A stretch of DNA of 64,000 nucleotides from Macrostomum lignano (GCA_002269645.1 NIVC01002215.1:1-64000); one strand, 5' to 3'; shown: positions 1-13,747, counted from the first letter of the stretch. The notes: generated by a model not told the origin, from the sequence alone. Numbers and translations are program-made.

Positions 1-515
1 ACCAAGTCAGGTAGAGTAAAAAGTCAGCACAAGCAGTTATGACATAATCAATTTCTTAGGCAAGTCAGTACCAGGGTCTATGAAAGTTAACAATATGGTT
101 ACGTAATATAAATTCAGTACTGTGCTATGCTTTCACACTTAAAGCTGTGACGCAATTCAATTGAGTGTCAAATTCAGCCAGTAACAGACGATAAATAAAG
201 TATATTGTGATGCAATCTATTTCAGAATCAAATTCAATCAGTCAGTTTTTCTAGCATTCTTACAATGCATTTCAAGTCGAAAGAACTGCTTGACCTTTGC
301 AAGAAAGCATGTTTTTCGAATATTTAATCCCTTTAGCATTGAGCAATTTCTTAGCCAAGATACATGTACTGTCACGGGAAAATTTCTGATTGAACAGTGC
401 AAGTTTGAAGAAAATCGGTCAAGCCATTCGGGAGATAATTGATTTCGTACATACAAACATGAAGCATACAAGTGCTTTATTATAAGTGCTAAAAATTCAT
501 ATAAAATTTCAATGA

Positions 516-575
516 GAGCTAGCCTAGATGTAAACACACAGGACTGCTAATGCAGCAACCTGGGTTCGAATCTTA
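516..575 (+). pseudogene. Degenerate tRNA-derived sequence (tRNA-Ser(GCT)-like pseudogene or SINE head)
   Basis: A-box-like TAGCCTAGATG (520-530), anticodon-loop-like GGACTGCTAAT (541-551) and B-box GGTTCGAATC (563-572). The acceptor stem cannot be formed, so this is not a functional tRNA. Confidence 0.35.
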
Positions 576-677
576 TACACGTACATGTAGTAGTGTATAA
601 AATAATAAAAGTAGCATAAATTTTTTATTGAAAGCTTTTATTAAAAAAACTAATTAAAAGACCTGGATTATGGTGCT

Positions 678-2128
678 AGATAAACCAAGGATTACTGCAC
701 TTGATAAACTAAGGATTATTGCACTTGATAAAACAATGATTACTGCGCTTGATAAACCAAGAAATATTGCACTTAATAAGCCAAGGATTACTGCACTTGT
801 GTGAAAAACTAAAAATTATTGCACTTGATAAACCAAGGATTACTGCACTCGATAAACCAAGGATTACTGCTCTTGATAAACCAAGAATTATTGCTCTTAT
901 TAAACCAAGGATTATTGCACTTGATAAGCCAAGGATTATTGCTCTTAATAAGCTAAGGATTATTGCACTTGGCAAACCAAGGATTACTGCGCTTGATAAA
1001 CCAAGGATTATTGCTCTTTATAAGCTAAGGATTACTGCACTCAATAAACCAAGGATTATTGCTCTTAATAAGCAGCTAAGGATTACTGCACTCGATAAAC
1101 CAAGAATTATTGCTCTTAATAAACCAAGGATTATTGCACTTGATAAGCCAAGAATTATTGCTTTTAATAAGCTACGGATTATTGCGCTTGATAAACCAAG
1201 GATTATTGCACTTGGCAAACCAAGGAATACCACTTGATAAACCAAGAATTATTGCTCTTAATAAACCAAGAATTATTGCACTTGATAAGCCAAGAATTAT
1301 TGCTCTTAATAAACCAAGGATTACTGTGCTTGATAAACCAAGGATTATTGCTCTTGATAAGCCAAGGATTACTGCACTTGATAAACCAAGAATTATTGCT
1401 CTTAATAAACCAAGGATTATTGCGCTTGATAAGCCAAGTATTACTGCACTTGATAAACCAAGGATATTGCTCTTAATAAGCTAAGGATTACTGCACTTGA
1501 TAAACCAAGGATTATTGCTCTTAATAAGCCAAGGATTATTCCTCTTAATAAACCAAGGATTATTGCACTCGATAAGCCAAGAATTATTGCTCTTAATAGG
1601 CCAAGGATTATTGCACTTGGCAAACCAAGGATTACTGCACTTGATAAACCAAGGATTATTGCTCTTAATAGGCCAAGGATTATTGCACTTGGCAAACCAA
1701 GGATTACTGCACTTGATAAACCAAGGATTATTGCTCTTGATAACCCAAGGATTACTGCGCTTGATAAACCAAGGATTATTGCTCTTAATAAGCTAAGGAT
1801 TACTGCGCTTGATAAGCCAAGGATTATTGCACTCAATAAACCAAGGATTATTGCTCTTAATAGGCCAAGGATTATTGCGCTTGATAAGCCTAGGATTACT
1901 ACACTTGATAAACCAAGGACTATTTCTCTTAATAAGCCAAAGATTATTGCTCTTAATAGGCCAAGGAATATAGCACTTGGCAAACCAAGGATTACTGCAC
2001 TCGATAAACCAAGGATTATTGCACTTGATAAACCAAGGATTACTGCACTTGATAAACCAAGGATTACTGCACTTGATAAACCAAAGATTACTGCACTTGA
2101 TAAACCAAGGATTACTGCACTTGATAAG
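678..2128. repeat. Minisatellite, 24-bp unit GATAAACCAAGGATTA(C/T)TGC(A/T)CTT, about 60 copies
   Basis: Direct tandem repetition is visible. It explains the ALDKPRII / SAIILGLL repeat ORFs. Confidence 0.97.
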
Positions 2129-2160
2129 CTTGGCTACATGTGTGGGATTCTTTCTATCCA

Positions 2161-2495
2161 GGGATGCTTGCTATTTAGGGATTCTGGCTATCTGCAGGAT
2201 GCTTGCTATCTGGGTGGATGCTTCTACAATATCTGGGGGGTGCTTGCTATGTGCAGGATGCTTGCTATCTAGGTGGATTCTTGCTATCTGGGTGGATGCT
2301 TGCTATCTGGGTAGATGCTTGCTACCTAGGTGGATGCTTGCTATCTAGGTGGATGCTTGCTACCTGGGTGGATGCTTGCTATCTGGTGGATGCTTGCTAT
2401 CTGGGTGGATGCTTCTACAATATTTGGGAGATGCTTGCTATCTGCAGTTGTTTACTTTTGGAGGGGGGGTGCTTGCTATCTGGAGGGATGCTTGC
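2161..2495. repeat. Degenerate minisatellite, ~19-bp unit GGATGCTTGCTATCTGGGT
   Basis: Tandem copies of GATGCTTGCTA(T/C)CT(G/A)GGTG follow the 24-bp array directly. Confidence 0.9.
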
Positions 2496-5379
2496 TGTCT
2501 TGGGAATATTTTCTATTTAGGTGGAATGTCTGTTATCTTTATGAAAGCTATATTCTGTTGTCTGTTTGTTAATTTTAGAAAAAAAGATATTCATAGCAAA
2601 TATCATTGTCCATGACAATTTTACATTAATAAGGTGATTTTTTAAAGTGAAAAGGAATTGGTGTTTAAGAAAATGTGTTTTTTATTTTTTTCCATGAACT
2701 ATTTTTGCTCCTTGCTTATTGGGCGCCCCAAAGGGGGGCCGCACTAGATTGCTAGTTATCAACTAATATTTTGTCAACTAGATATATGGTAACTTAGCAA
2801 ATTGATTATAGTAGGGGTTCCGATGAGGTTTGTGAAATATGTCCCAAAACACGAAAAACGTGAAAATGTGTCCTACGTAGAATGAAGAAAAAAGGTACTA
2901 AATTACGAAATAAAGACAAACTGAAATATACAACAGAAACTAGACAAATTATACTTTCCAAAATGTGTTGAACCTTCTTATAGTATGACATAAGAAAAAA
3001 GTTATACGTGTCGAAAGTTACCACAAAAAGCGTCACAAATACGAAATGAAGCCAATCGTAAAAATGAGGGTTCATATGGCCAATTGAAATATCACCTTAA
3101 AGCGTGCTAGGAATAACAAATTAAATGAAAGGAATGAATAAAGGATATAGTAAAGCACAAATTTTGCAATAAAAAATGAAAAAAAATTTCTAAGGCCCTT
3201 TACTGTCAGTTGAAAATTTTCAACATGTTTTTCTTTGTGTCGTCATGAAAGGCCGCATTTTAAACAATTCAATTTGATATGCGGGTAACGTTTGCTCCAT
3301 TTTGCCAAAAAGAGGCATCTCGAATGACTTGCCACAAGGCAGCTAAGCCTCTGTTCCTTTATACATGTAAACTGCCATTAAGAAGACAATAAAGTTGATG
3401 TCTGTCTTCATAGATGCGGAGACGAGGAAATTAAACATGTTTAATATGCAGATTTCCATGCTGAATGACATGGTATAAGTCCCATTGCATAAAAGTTTGC
3501 CGCAAGGTCAATATTTAAGTTAACCTGCCAAAAAATGTACGTCTACTTGTAGTAGATAAATGGTAAATTTGCAGATTTGTTTCGTTTTTTTTATTTTGCT
3601 TTTTTCGATCAATATGATGTCTTTAATGAAACTGAATGCAAAGAGGGCATGTATAAGAAATATAAAAAATGCAAAAAATGACACCCAACATATTAAAATT
3701 GGATAAGGGACAAAAAAGTTATAAATAAAAGTATATGAAATATTGTACTTTTTGTGAAAAAAGGTCACAGGCCGTAATGCAAAAATGCCATAAGGAATTA
3801 CAAAATTTTTACAACTAAAAATGCTATAACTTTTTTATTCCTTGACAGAAATTAACAAGTGAGGCCATTTTGGATTTTGGTTGCAGAGATCTACTTAGCT
3901 GCCCAAAAATATCCAAGAATAAAAAATGTTTCAAAACCTCACTGGAACCCCTAATATAGCCATAGGCCTAGTTGCATAGCAAAAGTAGAAATTTAATATT
4001 AAATTCATTTAAAACATGTGACACATATTTCTTTGTCCTTAAAAATAATGTTTTCTATTTTTGGAAGTAATCTTACAATAATAGCCTTAATGCTAAGGCT
4101 AATGTCCATCTCTCCATTTAGGCCCTATTTCAATTTTAAAACTGCACATGTTTTAAATAATGTTATATAACACTTGTTAATATTAATAGCTAATAGGGCC
4201 TATATGGCCTATATATACTAAACAAATAATTTTCGCTTGAAGAAAATTCCAATTGACAAAATGCCAGTTGAAAAATGTCTGGTTAGGCCCTTAACAAGAT
4301 TAGGCCATGACTTAATTAAAATAAAGTTGCTTATTAGTTGTTACAAGAATAAATGTTAAGGCCTTTTGATTAAAAAAATAATGCTAAGATGCCAAATACT
4401 AGGGCCTACTAAAAAGGTTTTGATTTTGATACTGATGCTAATAAAAGAAGATGCTAGGCCTAATGACAATGTCTTAGGCTAGAATGCTAGCCTTCAGTTT
4501 TATTTAGGTTTAGCTTCAGCCTTTAGGCTGATGCTTTTTGCTTTAATATCCTTATCTTAGACTTAGGTTAGATAAGGTTGCAGCCTAATATTTGGGAAGC
4601 TAACAAATGAGTCATGAGTGAGAACTTGAGAAGCTAGGCTACCTAGGGCCTACCAGCCTATGTAAATCACTCATTGTAAAAATAAAGTTGATTCATGGTG
4701 GTAAATGCAAATTCATTATCTATGCTGAACTTTCCAAAGTAACTGCACACGAACAGCTACAGTTTAAATTGAGCTTGGAAGTTCATTGCAATTGAAGTTC
4801 ACTAGACTGAGAGTTCAACTACCAGAAAGTAAATTCTGCAGGAGCGAAATAGATAAATGACCACATGAGAGCTTAAAAATTACTTTGATGTCAATCGTCG
4901 AATAATAAAAGTATGGCAGTTCAGCTGAGTTAGTAACAGTCAATATGCCTAAGTCCAGGCTAGCTAAAACAGACAGGTGAAGAAAAAAAGAAAAGCCAGA
5001 TGAAAAGAAATAAAGAATTTCCGGATTTATACACGAATATCGTGAACGTAATATCAGGATGTTCTCTGACAATTCACGAAATGCACAATGAGTTAAGTAT
5101 TCACTGTTAAGTTTGTCTCTCACGACAGCCAAGGCCCACAGGCCCAACTCTCGCTATCGCCTTGCAATTCTGCAAAGTGGCAGCACTACCTACGTGCGCT
5201 ACTGAGAGCTACGAAAGAAATTAAGGCTTCCGAGAGAAGAGGCTCGAGACTTAATAAGGTTAAGCTTAAGTGCCTAAATCGGGAAGCAGAAAGCCATCTA
5301 ATTCACTTGTATCGAAGCTCTTCGCAGCTGTTCGTCCGCTAAGGACTTCCACACGAAATTACCATGGACAATTCGGACC

Positions 5380-6181
5380 TCAGTTTTTGTCGACTGAGTT
5401 CACAGACTTCCTCAGCTCGCTGATCGACATCAAGGTCGCCACTCCGTTCTACTGCCCACAGCAGAATGACGGAGTCGAGAGGTTTAACGAATTCATCAAG
5501 ACCTCATTAAATGTGCGCACTTCTCGCCTACGGCCTGCAGGGAAAATCTAAATATAAAGCTCGTTAGTTAATAAGGTTCTTATCTCGGCCCAAACCGGTG
5601 AAGCAGGTATGGTTCAGGAAGCTGCTTCTAGAGTATCGGTCATCCGAGCACACGCTGACCAAGAAGTTGCCGGCTGATGCTATGACGGAAGCTCCGCCTG
5701 CCTCTTGATTGTCTTTGACCAGCAAGCACCGAGTCAACGACGGACCAGGAGCTGCGGCGCAGCGTCCCAGAGCGACAGCAGCATAGAAGGCCAAGAGCCG
5801 TCGCCGGATGCGCCAGCATGCAGAACCAGCCGCTGATCAAGGACGCAGCGCTGACTGTCGGGAGCCGCGTCCGCATCCGCGCCCGTCGGCCGAGGCGTGG
5901 AAAGCTCAGCAGCGGCGTCTCCGAGCAACAAACAGTCGTCAGTCGTGAGGGCAACACAATCACTCTGACGGATGGCAGCCGCTGGCACATCAGCCGCTGC
6001 ATCCTGGATGACCACCGCGCGCGGCTGGGGTGACGGGGCCGATGACACAGCTAGAGGCTGGCCGCAACAGCTGGACGACGGGCAACTAGAGGCGGCGCCG
6101 CCAACGCCACTGAGTTGCACCGCTCTGAGACTTCGCGCACCGCCTCAGTGGTTTGGCAACGTTTGTGATCCCCATAATTGA
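5380..6181 (+). mobile_element. Decayed Ty3/gypsy LTR-retrotransposon integrase remnant
   Basis: TPFYCPQQNDGVERFNEFIK (about 5441-5500) matches the integrase motif TPxYHPQSNGxxERF. Downstream VGSRVRIR...GNTITLTDGSRWHISRC and the terminal R-x-PP-x-W segment resemble gypsy integrase C-termini. The frame is broken by stops and frameshifts. Confidence 0.7.
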
Positions 6182-7531
6182 CGACTGACCTGACTAAACT
6201 CACTGAGCCTTGGATCCTGGGCTCCATGGGCAAGGGGGCTTCTGAGGAGTGAGGAGGCCCAAAGTATGCAACTATAGCTCTCCCCTATCAGTATGGAGAA
6301 AGCTGAGACAAAAAGACTCTGAGATCAAAGCCTTACATTTTCGCCTTCCTCATTGTTGTGCATAAATAAATTGCCTACGATTGTACTTAAGATGCTTTAT
6401 CAAGGGTTTTGAAATCACGGAAGCCAAAAGTTAAGGCCTTTAAAGTATGAGTAAATATGTACATGACTGTGTATAAATACAGCTCATCATGCTAATGGGC
6501 AAGGCATTACATGCACTTTTGCAACATGCTTGCATGCTTATATTAAAATCTGGCTTCAAAAAAGCTTTGCAACAATCAGTGAAACCCAGCCATACCGCGC
6601 GGTACACGTACTTAAAGTTGGATATCAATTATTCCAAAAGTACCACACTAGATTCAGATGTCTTTAGTGTACATGTACACCAAAACTAAAGTACGTACAT
6701 TTTTCGCATAAGCCAGCAGCTTTCAAAATGCCCCAGAAGGTAGAAGTGCATATCCTGTCCTACATGTACACGATTCGCCTTTGTGTACTATAGTCATTGA
6801 GATACGAGAGTACGAGTATTACGAGTACACACAAATGTCCGCACCAATCATGATTGCCGCCCGGGGCTGGATTTTCACCGAAATCTCCTTATCCGTGTGC
6901 AACCATCGCACAGTAGGTTTGCATCGTGCAGGCGGAGGAATTAGCCTGCCACGGTGAGGATTCAGCATGTTCGACATACATGTCGCCGTCGAGGACAACC
7001 CCGATTGGCTGCATTACAGCCGTGTACAGAAAACTAACAAACACATTTACGTCGTAGAATCATAATTTTGTTTTTAACGGTTTGCTGCGGGCCTCAGAGA
7101 GATGTTGTTAGCAAAGGCCAGTCGCTCACTAGCAGTATTCGGTGTATTTATAATTTCGTCAATAATTAGCAAGACTTATTCACACGAAAATAACGCTAAA
7201 CGCCAGTAATTTGCAATTAATAAAAAAGTAAAAATTGGATAAAAGCGACAGAAACGAAAACGCAACAATTATTACGCGAATCAGTGCAATTGTCAACAGC
7301 GGACAGCCAACACGGGTGCTTTGCCTGCTGTCAATGCTGGCTAAGATAAAATAGTAGTGATGAAATTGTCACATATAACACAATGTTTTGTGCGGGACGC
7401 AACATACCACAGAAAGTTAATATATTAATAAATAGCTGACAATGCTAAATAGAAATTAGACACAAAAAACGCCACCTATTTACAGAAGAGTCTGCAGCCA
7501 GTACGAGTTTCGCAAGAGTGCTAAACAGCGC

Positions 7532-7963
<432 letters not shown>

Positions 7964-8803
7964 TTACGTCATCATGCATTCGATTTTCCAATAGTCAGTT
8001 CGCAATGGGTGGGAATGCATGCCAATGGGCTCCCAATAGTCTTACTGCACTGAGCAACGCAGGTGCACAAAATCAGGCTTAGCTGTCTTGAAATACTAGT
8101 ACTAGCACTGCAGCCCCCGTAACCCTAACCATGCTTCAGGAATTCTTATGAAATGTCAAATTAATCAAATATATCATAAACGAATTCCCAGCATTTCAAG
8201 CAGGTTACAAATGTTCGAGCCTGGTTAGTCCATGTCCTTCCAGTGTACCCTGCCCGCTGCTCTCCATTTAGTTTAAATTGCTGTGATAGTAAATACCGCC
8301 TTACTAAAATAAATTTTAATTAGCAAGCAGGTTTAAATGACAATAGACTTCATTTTGAAGGGACTGAGATAAAAGATGTATTTTTTCACACTGAACTAAT
8401 GTAAGTTCGATAAACAATGAAGGGATTATTTTGCTAAAGCAAGCCTTCCCGACAGTACAGTGGGGAGCTGTTAAAAAGATTTTTACGCGAAAAATGGTAA
8501 ACAGCGATGTTTTCTGAAAAATGAAAAAGCGGAACATCTGCTGAAATTGTAAGTTTAAACAGTCAGCTGCTTGCCCCAGAGCAGTAGCACTGCTGAACAA
8601 ACTGGGGGTGAGTACGGTAAGACTCAGAGATGAATTACAGGTGAGTACAGGTATGTTCAATTCTTTGGTTTTTTAATAGACAAAAACCGCGCTAAAATAC
8701 TAGATAGGGAGGCGCCCAGTGCAGGACGGTATTGCAAAATTTTAATAGGAGACAACAGAAACAGTCTGGGCCATGCCCGAGTCAGACATGATGGCCGGCT
8801 CCA

Positions 8804-8977
8804 TCACTTGCTGTCAGCCTGGGCGTCAGCGGCCTGCTTGGCGGCATCCTTCACCTGCTTGGCTGTAGCCTTGCTGGCCTTGGCATTCTTGGCAGGGGAG
8901 GCCTTCTTGGCGGCTCCCTTCTTGCCCTTCTTGGCCTTGCTCTTCCCTTTGCGAGCAGAAGCTCTAGACCGAGCCAT
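8804..8977 (-). CDS. Small Lys/Ala-rich basic protein, 57 aa (H1-tail/protamine-like); possibly the last exon of a longer gene
   Basis: MARSRASARKGKSKAKKGKKGAAKKASPAKNAKASKATAKQVKDAAKQAADAQADSK. 15 of 16 Lys codons are AAG and Ala is mostly GCC, as in the flanking true genes. Start context is GCAATGG and ATTAAA occurs downstream. Confidence 0.65.
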   Translation of the reverse strand: MARSRASARKGKSKAKKGKKGAAKKASPAKNAKASKATAKQVKDAAKQAADAQADSK

Positions 8978-10665
8978 TGCGTTCAGAGGATGCGCATGCA
9001 GAATAGGCAATGCAAATGCGACCTTAGATAAAGGTAATATTGGTCACAGAAAACTGAATTCTTTGTGTTCTACTTAAATTTAATTGCAAAACCAACCAAT
9101 TATTCTGGCAATACAAACAGTTTGCCATTGATTAAGAAAAAATAATTTGACAGCTCACTATTTATCATCATTACTTAATCTCCACATAAGCAGCCCTTGG
9201 TTTCAATAGGAGCTATAGCCTAGAGGCAAGTCGCAATATAAACTATGACATCTTAAGATATATCCTTAAGATTATCCTATCCACAACTGCTAGCCAACCT
9301 AGCTTATCTGACCCATACAGCATAAATTGTGGTAAGACAAAGGAAAATTGTAAAATATACAAGTTTTGAAATAATTTTTACATTCTTGACAAAATTTGAC
9401 AACAAATTAAATATTTTACTTGTGTTTTTGGGGTTTCCAGACCATACTTTCTGTGCTTATGCTTTTTGGTGCCCTTTACTTAATGAAAGCATTATAATTT
9501 TTTAACTGGTTTGCTTTTTCAATTTAGGAGAATTCTTTGATTAAACTGCATTAGCTGTATATAAGGCTGTAAAAAGCATGAATACTAAAAAAACTTAGTA
9601 GGTAAAGAATCTATCAAAAATGTTACATATATAGTTTCTATTACTTAAAATTATGAACATTAAGGAAAAGAAAGGATGGAGAAAGAGAAGGAAAAGATGA
9701 GAGAGAAAGAGAAAGAGAAGAAAAGAGAAAAAGGCAAGAAAAGTCATATACAAGGTGAAAATTAAGTTGCAATTGGGGGAACTAAGTTGCAATTGACATT
9801 ATCTAAGTCACAATTGGGAGGAACTAAGTTGCAATTGGGAGAAAGTAAGTTGTACCAGACAGGTGAAATTTTAAGGTTGGGCATATATATACATTATACA
9901 TATAATATTCAACAATCTAAATTTGTTGAAAATACAAAGTACCTAATTTTTACAAATGTCAAATATTTTTAATCCTTATTAATGAAAAAGATGGCACGTT
10001 TACCATATATGTGCACAACCTTGGGAATCACCTGGCTGTTGATCACCTTGGGATTTTCAAGTCTCAAAGTCAAAGATGCTATTATTTTTAAATTCTCATA
10101 TGCAATGAGGTTCTAGACAGCTTAGTATATGGTATACATAGAAGAGTAAGTAAAGTTTCTTAGTATATTCTATAAAATAACACAATTTTTTGGCATGCAA
10201 CTATTATTAGAGACAATGTATTATGCTACATACAATTTTTTTGGCCTTGAAACATGACATATCTTTAATTTTTAAAATCAGTATCTTATTGCCAGAATGA
10301 AGTTTTAATACATGTCTAATAGAATTATATTCTTTTTTATTATAAGCAAAATAATTTCTACTTATAATAACTTATAAAACTTGATTACTTTAGAACTCAA
10401 TAGATATATCAAAATAAGGTAAAATGGTAAAATAAGGTAAGGTAAATAATAAGGTAAAATTTCAAGTGTATCTTTGAAAAATGTTTATTTGCATTTTTTA
10501 TATATTGTCCTCCATTTTTTGGCTATCTTTCTCAACTTTTCAAAAATAAAATATGCAACTTATTCTGCAACTCATTTAATTGCAACATCTGTGTCATCTT
10601 TCATTCTGCTAAGGTTGGCAACTTTGTCAGTTGGTTGAAGTCACGTTCCCTGTGCTCTTCATGCT

Positions 10666-10930
10666 GTTGTTTATCAGTTCAACTGCTCTGATGATCAGAG
10701 CATCTCCTACATGAGGAAAACAAAAAAACACCTGCACACTAGAATCAGGGAACATTGGCTGAAACCGTTGGCTATCCAAAACCATCTGTTAGAGTGTAAT
10801 AGTTTCTCCAACTGTAAACCCAAAGAGTGCTTCAAAGTCATTGATCAATGCATGCTCATTTGACTCCAAACTCCAGATACTTGAAGCGCTGTACATTAAA
10901 GTGCATTCCCCCAACCTCAACACTCAACTC
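10666..10930 (+). mobile_element. Penelope-like element GIY-YIG endonuclease remnant
   Basis: Translates VVYQFNCSDDQSISYMRKTKKHLHTRIREH...IQNHLLEC...FKVIDQC, then after a frameshift LQILEALYIKVHSPNLNTQL. This is the typical Penelope GIY-YIG pattern (VVY..C...YIGKT.RHL.TRI.EH...LEAL.I....P.LN.Q). Confidence 0.75.
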
Positions 10931-13556
10931 CAACACAGTGGCGTAGGACATGAATTAAATTTGGGAAGAGGTCCCTATATATACTAAGTTACATAAAAAA
11001 TGGATATGTGATTGCCATATATGCCAAAATTAAAAAAGTTATACAACTTTACTTTTGTGCTATAACAATAAAGGACCTTTTTCTATTTTTATGATTGACA
11101 TTTATATTTAGATTATAACAAAATAAGTTTTGTGTCTATTTTACTTTTATAATAACTGCATACATAAAGTCCTAGTACTAAAATTATTTTAAAACACAAT
11201 TACATTCTATTAATATTATTTTTTATTTGTATTCCTATCATTTTTTAACCACAACCTTGAAATATTGATACCTTTTGTTACAGAAATTAACAATGCTTGC
11301 ATCTTTAAATAGCTTTTTTGTATGCCAAATGCATTTTTTAAGATTTGAGCATACCAAATGCACGCCAAATAAACTATGACGGGCTAATGCATGCTGGAAT
11401 TTTCAAGCAAAAAAGCTACCTTTCTGACTAGGCCTATGGATTAAAGCTTGGTAATATAATAGTAGGATTTCTATAGTAGGAAAGTAAGAAACAACCCTCA
11501 CATGTTCAAATGAATAACAAAATTGCATTATACCATTATGCCACTATAAAAATTACAAAAGATAATTCTGTATAATAGCAAAATTCATGTCTTGCCATAC
11601 TCAGGAAGGTGTACATTATGATGGAAAATTCCAGAGCACATCAACAAAAAATATGCACAAAATGGTGCACACGGCACACAACAAAGGCTTAGCAGAAGTT
11701 TTTAGTACATAGTGGCACATAGCATAAGCTGATCAGGAAAATTTAGCTTACAATGAGTCACTTAAATATATAATCTGCATATGCAGTGCATAAAATATGC
11801 TTTAACATTACATTTTTTCTAAGCATATCAATAAAAAATTGTTTCTTGGTAAGTAACATAAATAATAAAATTAAAAATGGGATTTTACCATGCATAAAGT
11901 TAAAGCTATTTCTTTTGACAATTTTCTACATGAGCTAAAATAAAGCAAAAGGAGTTGAAAAAAGCCTACATTAGATACAAAAATTTATCCATTTTTGAGT
12001 TTTGTTTTAATTGGACTTTTATACAAAATTTTTAGTACTGTAGTCTATAGCACATTAGTACTCTAGCTTGACTTACTTTGACTTAGCTGCAGGGGGCTCC
12101 ATGTGTCCGGATGCAGCAAAGAGGCGTTGCTACCTATTTTGCTAACCCCTGGCTAGTATTCTAGCTATGTATTTGTCAATAAATGAATGTAGACCTTGTC
12201 GCACAAATTCATATTTTAGCTTTGCGCATAGCGCAGACTCCATAAATACACTGAAATATATTCTCGCACACATGTGACACCTTCTTGAGTGTGGATGTCT
12301 TGAAGACCATCCTGATATATTACTTTTTAAATTAGAATTGAAGCATTATTTTACTTTTAAATTATAGAAATTATTAATTTTTATAGCCAAGGCCTAAGCC
12401 AAGTCCAAGGCTTCCATAGTGTAGATCATGTAGTGCACACAAGAATTTTCCTGCGTGCATTTTCAAAAATGGCATGCACCAGCGTGCAATTAGGTAAGTG
12501 GCATGCATAATGCACACTACATAAATACATTGGCATGCCTGGCATGCGCCGCGTGCCACGTGCCTGGCACCTGATGTGGCAAAGCTGCCAATGCAATAGT
12601 AAGCAGACATAAAATATATATTATTGTATTTAACTTTTGAAAAAAACTATTGTAAATAAACAGTGTATAAGACTGTTAAATAAATTAATGGATGTGAAAT
12701 ACACATTTTTAAAGATATATCACTTGTACATCGTTTGTTGCTTTGTTTTATACAATGCAATTCAAAATACATTTTTTGTCTTCAATTTGAATTTCAATTT
12801 ATTGTTGTCCTAATAGGCGTGGAATTTGTCCTAGTAGGCGTGCATCGGCGTGCATTCGCTTGTCGTCAGCGTGCTTTTGGGAATTAGCTTTGGGTCGTTT
12901 CTCGCGTGCACTTAGCATGATCCACACTATGGCAAGGCTTTCTAATATTAACAATATAAATATTATTTATATATATATATTATATATATTGTATTCAATG
13001 TAAAAATATTGAAAACAAAAACAAAATTAAATTTTATTTTTAAACAGAAATCTCATGTATTAATAATTTGTACACTGAAAATAGGTCACAAATTTTTGTT
13101 TTATGGCTCATTGCAAAGATTCAATACTGGCCTAATACTTAGGGCCTAGGCCTAATTAACATGCCTTGGCCTAGCCATCCTTGGCTTTTTCTTAATGGTT
13201 GCCCCTCTTGCCAGTCTAGGCTTAATAGGCAGGCCTAGCCAAATAAGTGGGACTTCTTTAAGTTTATGTTGATAAAATACTTCCGATTTTCCAATTTTTT
13301 CTGCAATAAGTGCATGGTGTGTAATAATTAGAAAATGATCAAACGGCTAGAAATAGAAATAGGCCTAGGAAATAGAGCTTAATAGGTTAGGCCTCCGCCT
13401 CCACCTCTAGCTCTAGCCTTGCTATCGTTTGAAAGGTTAGTCGGTAGGCCTAATTATTAATAAAAAATATAACTGTTAATTGGAACTGAGTACGAAATAT
13501 TGAAATAGAATTTGACAAAAATAAACGATCATGTTTAGTGCTACTTTTGTTAACGT

Positions 13557-13747
13557 CAGGCGCCGCGGAACGAGTTTTTGCCAGGGGGGGCAGGACCAAG
13601 TTTCCGAAACTCAAGCCCAGACCGTCTTGGACAGTGACCAAAAATTTGAGCAAAATTATGCTGTTGAACGGTATTTGAGGGGGGCAATACCCCCCAACTC
13701 AATGTCAGGGGGGGCAGCTGCCCCCCCCCCCTGTTCCGCGGCGCCTG
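13557..13747. mobile_element. hAT-type MITE, 191 bp
   Basis: Perfect 15-bp TIR CAGGCGCCGCGGAAC / GTTCCGCGGCGCCTG and perfect 8-bp TSD GTTAACGT (13549-13556, 13748-13755). Confidence 0.9.

Noticed and set aside
709-2615. Repeat-rich ORFs (ALDKPRII, SAIILGLL, DACYLGG)
   Set aside because: These are translations of 24-bp and 19-bp minisatellites, open in several frames and on both strands, with no splice or codon-bias support.
6844-7008. HDV-like, hammerhead or SECIS identity for the structured island
   Set aside because: No CTGATGA/GAAA core. Candidate L3 motifs (TCCTCGA, TCCTCAC) lack matching P1/P1.1/P2, and SECIS ATGA-N11-12-AA spacing is absent.
7380-7531. Histone 3' stem-loop downstream of H3
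   Set aside because: No GGCTCTTTTCAGAGCC-like hairpin was found, consistent with a polyadenylated H3.3-type gene.
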